Source: Vicugna vicugna | Lineage: Eukaryota | Assembly (NCBI GenBank): GCA_013265495.1 | Contig: MU063738.1 | Location: 186,001-250,000, forward strand | DNA length: 64,000 bases | Direction of reading: 5' to 3' | The notes under the pieces: model-generated | Seen by the model: only the letters and a program-made list of their open reading frames with translations | Told to the model about the DNA's origin: nothing | The model's database searches: none | Made by a program: the position numbers and the translations under genes | Shown here: positions 62,033 to 64,000 of the stretch, piece by piece | Layout: every line of letters starts with the position of its first letter | How positions within the stretch are numbered: position 1 is the stretch's first letter

Positions 62033-62109
62033 GTGCTGCGGGCAGAGTGTCCGCACGTGTGTCTGTGGTGTTCACCCCACCGCTCCGCCCACAGCGTCCT
62101 CCTGCAGCC

Positions 62110-62278
62110 ATGAGGAGCATCTTCAAGAGGAACCAGGAGCCTGCGGTGGCTCCCGCCACCACCGCCGCGCCTGTCGGGCCCACAGACAACACCACGGAGA
62201 GCGGGGGTGCTGGGAAGACCAAGGACGTGTTTGCCAAGATGGGGGAGCAGTTCTTCAATGACATGAAGCTGATCCCCT
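62110..62278 (+). CDS. SYT2: Synaptotagmin-2, first coding exon (exon 2): luminal N-terminal domain. The exon probably starts at 62095 with a 15-nt 5'UTR part
   Basis: ATG at 62110 (GCC-ATG) gives [56 protein letters not shown], matching the SYT2 N-terminus [11 protein letters not shown]...; N-glycosylation sequon N-T-T kept. Acceptor ACAG|C at 62094/5 with branch-like TTCAC at 62071-75; donor CCT|GTGAGT at 62278/9 (phase 1). Confidence 0.97.
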
Positions 62279-62894
62279 GTGAGTGCCCCTCGCGCCCGGG
62301 GGCCGGGCTGGGGCCCTGTGGGTGGGACGGCTGAGACCCTGCCCGGATTACTGGGGGACCCACTTCGGGGGGTTGGCAGTGTGGTCTGGCAGTAACGAGG
62401 GAAGGAGGGGCTTTATGCCCTGACCACACGCCCAGAGGCAAAATGTTCCTGTAATGTAGGAGACTGTCGGAAGAGAAGATAAAAAGTGACGGGACAGAAA
62501 CCGTCATTCACGTTTCTAGCCACACTCTGAAACCGCTTTATTTCAGACAATAGAACATAAAAGCCCCCTGCTTCCTGGATTTCTGGTCCAGTCCAGGGAG
62601 CCAGCCCGCTGGGAGACGGTGCTTCAGGCCCATCCCCAAAGCCTGCAGGAGCTGAGGGCGCTTGCCTTCCGACCCTCGGCCAGGGCGGACAAGGCCCCAC
62701 CCACCCTGCAAGGGTCCAAGCAGAGCCTGCGGTGCAGGCTGCAGCCACCAGGGCCCTGCGGACAGGAGGGCCCCCCGGGGTGTGGCCTGCACGCCAGCCA
62801 GTCCTAGGTGTGGGGAGCACATGGGTGGGGCCGCGGCCTCGCCCAGGCCTCTGGGGGCTGCGGGCGGCAGCCTGACGCCGTCTCCCGCGGGCAG

Positions 62895-63061
62895 TGCCGC
62901 CCTGGGCGCTCATCGCCGTTGTGGTGCTCGTCGGCCTCCTGCTCCTCACCTGCTGCTTCTGCATCTGCAAGAAGTGTTGCTGCAAGAAGAGGAAGAACAA
63001 GAAGGAGAAGGGCAAGGGCGCCAAGAGCGCCATGAGCATGAAGGACATGCGAGGGGGCCAG
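62895..63061 (+). CDS. SYT2: SYT2 exon 3: transmembrane helix, palmitoylation Cys cluster and polybasic linker
   Basis: Acceptor GCAG|TG at 62894/5 completes the split Leu codon; (L)[55 protein letters not shown]; 167 nt; donor CAG|GTAGGG at 63061/2. Confidence 0.98.
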
Positions 63062-63224
63062 GTAGGGAGCCCGTCCCCTCGCCCGCAGGTCCCTCCCCTC
63101 AGCTCGCAGCGGCCCCGCTTTCCCCAGGGTTCTTTGGGAGACAGTTCCTGCCCGAGGAACCGGCATGGAGGGTGGAAGGAGGGGCCTGTTTCGAGTCGTC
63201 AGCCTTGGAGCGGTGGCCTCCAGT

Positions 63225-63317
63225 GCGCGCATGGGTGTGTGTGAGCACACGTGTGCGTGTGTGCACGTGTGAGCACGCGTGTGGGCACGTGAGAGTGCGT
63301 GTGAGCACACGTGTGCT
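63225..63317. repeat. Degenerate TG/CA-rich tract in SYT2 intron 3
   Basis: 18-nt direct repeat GTGTGAGCACACGTGTGC at 63239 and 63299; four CACGTG. Confidence 0.85.
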
Positions 63318-63499
63318 GGGGCCCCCCAACGGGGCGGGTCTGAGCTGCAGGGTCTCTCACCACTGTCTTCTTCCTTCCTCTCCCATCTGCGGTGCACCCG
63401 GACTGCACTCCTGGTATGTGTTGCCCGGGCTGGGGGAGCAGGGGCCATGATGGTGCTGCCCTGCATCCCTTGACGTTCCCTCCTCCCCCAGCCCCCCAG

Positions 63500-63619
63500 G
63501 ACGATGACGACGCCGAGACGGGCCTGACGGAGGGGGAGGGGGAGGGGGAGGAGGAGAAGGAGCCAGAGAACCTGGGGAAGCTGCAGTTCTCCCTGGACTA
63601 CGACTTCCAGGCCAACCAG
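63500..63619 (+). CDS. SYT2: SYT2 exon 4: acidic linker and start of C2A
   Basis: CAG|GAC at 63499/500; [40 protein letters not shown]; 120 nt; donor CAG|GTGTGT. Confidence 0.98.
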
Positions 63620-63784
63620 GTGTGTGGGGCCGGAGTGGGGGGCTGGGTCTGCAGGGAGGGGCCCGGCAGGCTGCCCACCGCCCTGGCCACAGAAGTGCCT
63701 TCCCAGCTTCGGTTTCTCCAAGCGTCCCTCCGGCACCGCGCGCCCCCACCCCTGGGCTGACCTGGCCACGCTCTCTCCCCACAG

Positions 63785-63952
63785 CTCACAGTCGGCGTCC
63801 TGCAGGCCGCAGAACTGCCTGCCCTGGACATGGGGGGCACCTCAGACCCTTACGTCAAAGTCTTCCTCCTCCCAGACAAGAAGAAGAAATATGAGACCAA
63901 AGTCCATCGGAAGACACTGAACCCTGCCTTCAACGAGACCTTCACCTTCAAG
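63785..63952 (+). CDS. SYT2: SYT2 exon 5: C2A domain (Ca2+-binding loop 1, polylysine strand); gene continues beyond the window
   Basis: ACAG|CTC at 63784/5; [56 protein letters not shown]; 168 nt; ends AAG|GTCCTC. Confidence 0.97.
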
Positions 63953-64000
63953 GTCCTCCCAGCCCTTCCCCTGTCCTGTAGGGCAGCTGAGGCCCTGGCC

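Noticed and set aside
62094-62107. Tandem acceptors before the start codon (13 nt apart)
   Set aside because: Both are in the 5'UTR and both leave G at -3; no predicted consequence.
62047-62109. GTG-initiated N-terminal extension of SYT2 suggested by the ORF track
   Set aside because: It runs through the branch point and acceptor of intron 1; the ATG at 62110 matches the known start.
62221-62277. SYT1-to-SYT2 gene conversion as the source of the divergent helix
   Set aside because: The new residues (V, M, G, Q-FF, DMKL) do not match SYT1 (EDAFSKLKEKFMNELHK) apart from chance positions.
1-64000. CRISPR arrays, rRNA, intact tRNA/snoRNA/miRNA genes, intact ERV or transposase ORFs, a second protein-coding gene
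   Set aside because: No regularly spaced repeat-spacer array, structured RNA gene or additional exon chain was recognised on either strand.

Overview
GC-rich boreoeutherian mammalian genomic DNA holding the 5' part of synaptotagmin-2 (SYT2) on the + strand. A large CpG island (~41.1-43.3 kb) carries a probable non-coding first exon ending at a consensus donor at 42557. Coding exons 2-5 (62110-63952; luminal domain, transmembrane segment, linker, first half of C2A) follow ~19.5 kb later, and the gene runs off the right edge. The first 41 kb is non-coding, probably intron 1 of a longer distal-promoter isoform. It holds only ancient repeats (MIR, L2, L3, L1M, MLT1), a near-perfect REST/NRSF RE1 at 11538 and a second small CpG-rich element at ~29 kb. 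Intron 1 (42.6-62.1 kb) adds MER2B, Tigger1 and MER58A. I saw no young lineage-specific SINEs, prokaryotic features, CRISPR arrays, rRNA or intact tRNA genes. The main finding is that exons 4-5 translate identically to the human/mouse protein as I recall it (96/96 aa), while exons 2-3 are heavily substituted. Changes cluster in the luminal helix that is the receptor for botulinum neurotoxins B, G and DC: 9 of 17 positions differ from mouse, including the E57, I58 and K60 equivalents, while F47/F54/F55 are kept. The linker also gains an SMKD motif resembling the SYT1 T112 phospho-site. Old repeats show strong AT-to-GC drift with CpG gain, which points to GC-biased gene conversion as a competing or contributing explanation. 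Two SYT2 splice sites look odd: a very weak exon 5 donor and an out-of-frame AG 8 nt upstream of exon 4. All ortholog and repeat-consensus comparisons are from memory and need verifying by alignment.
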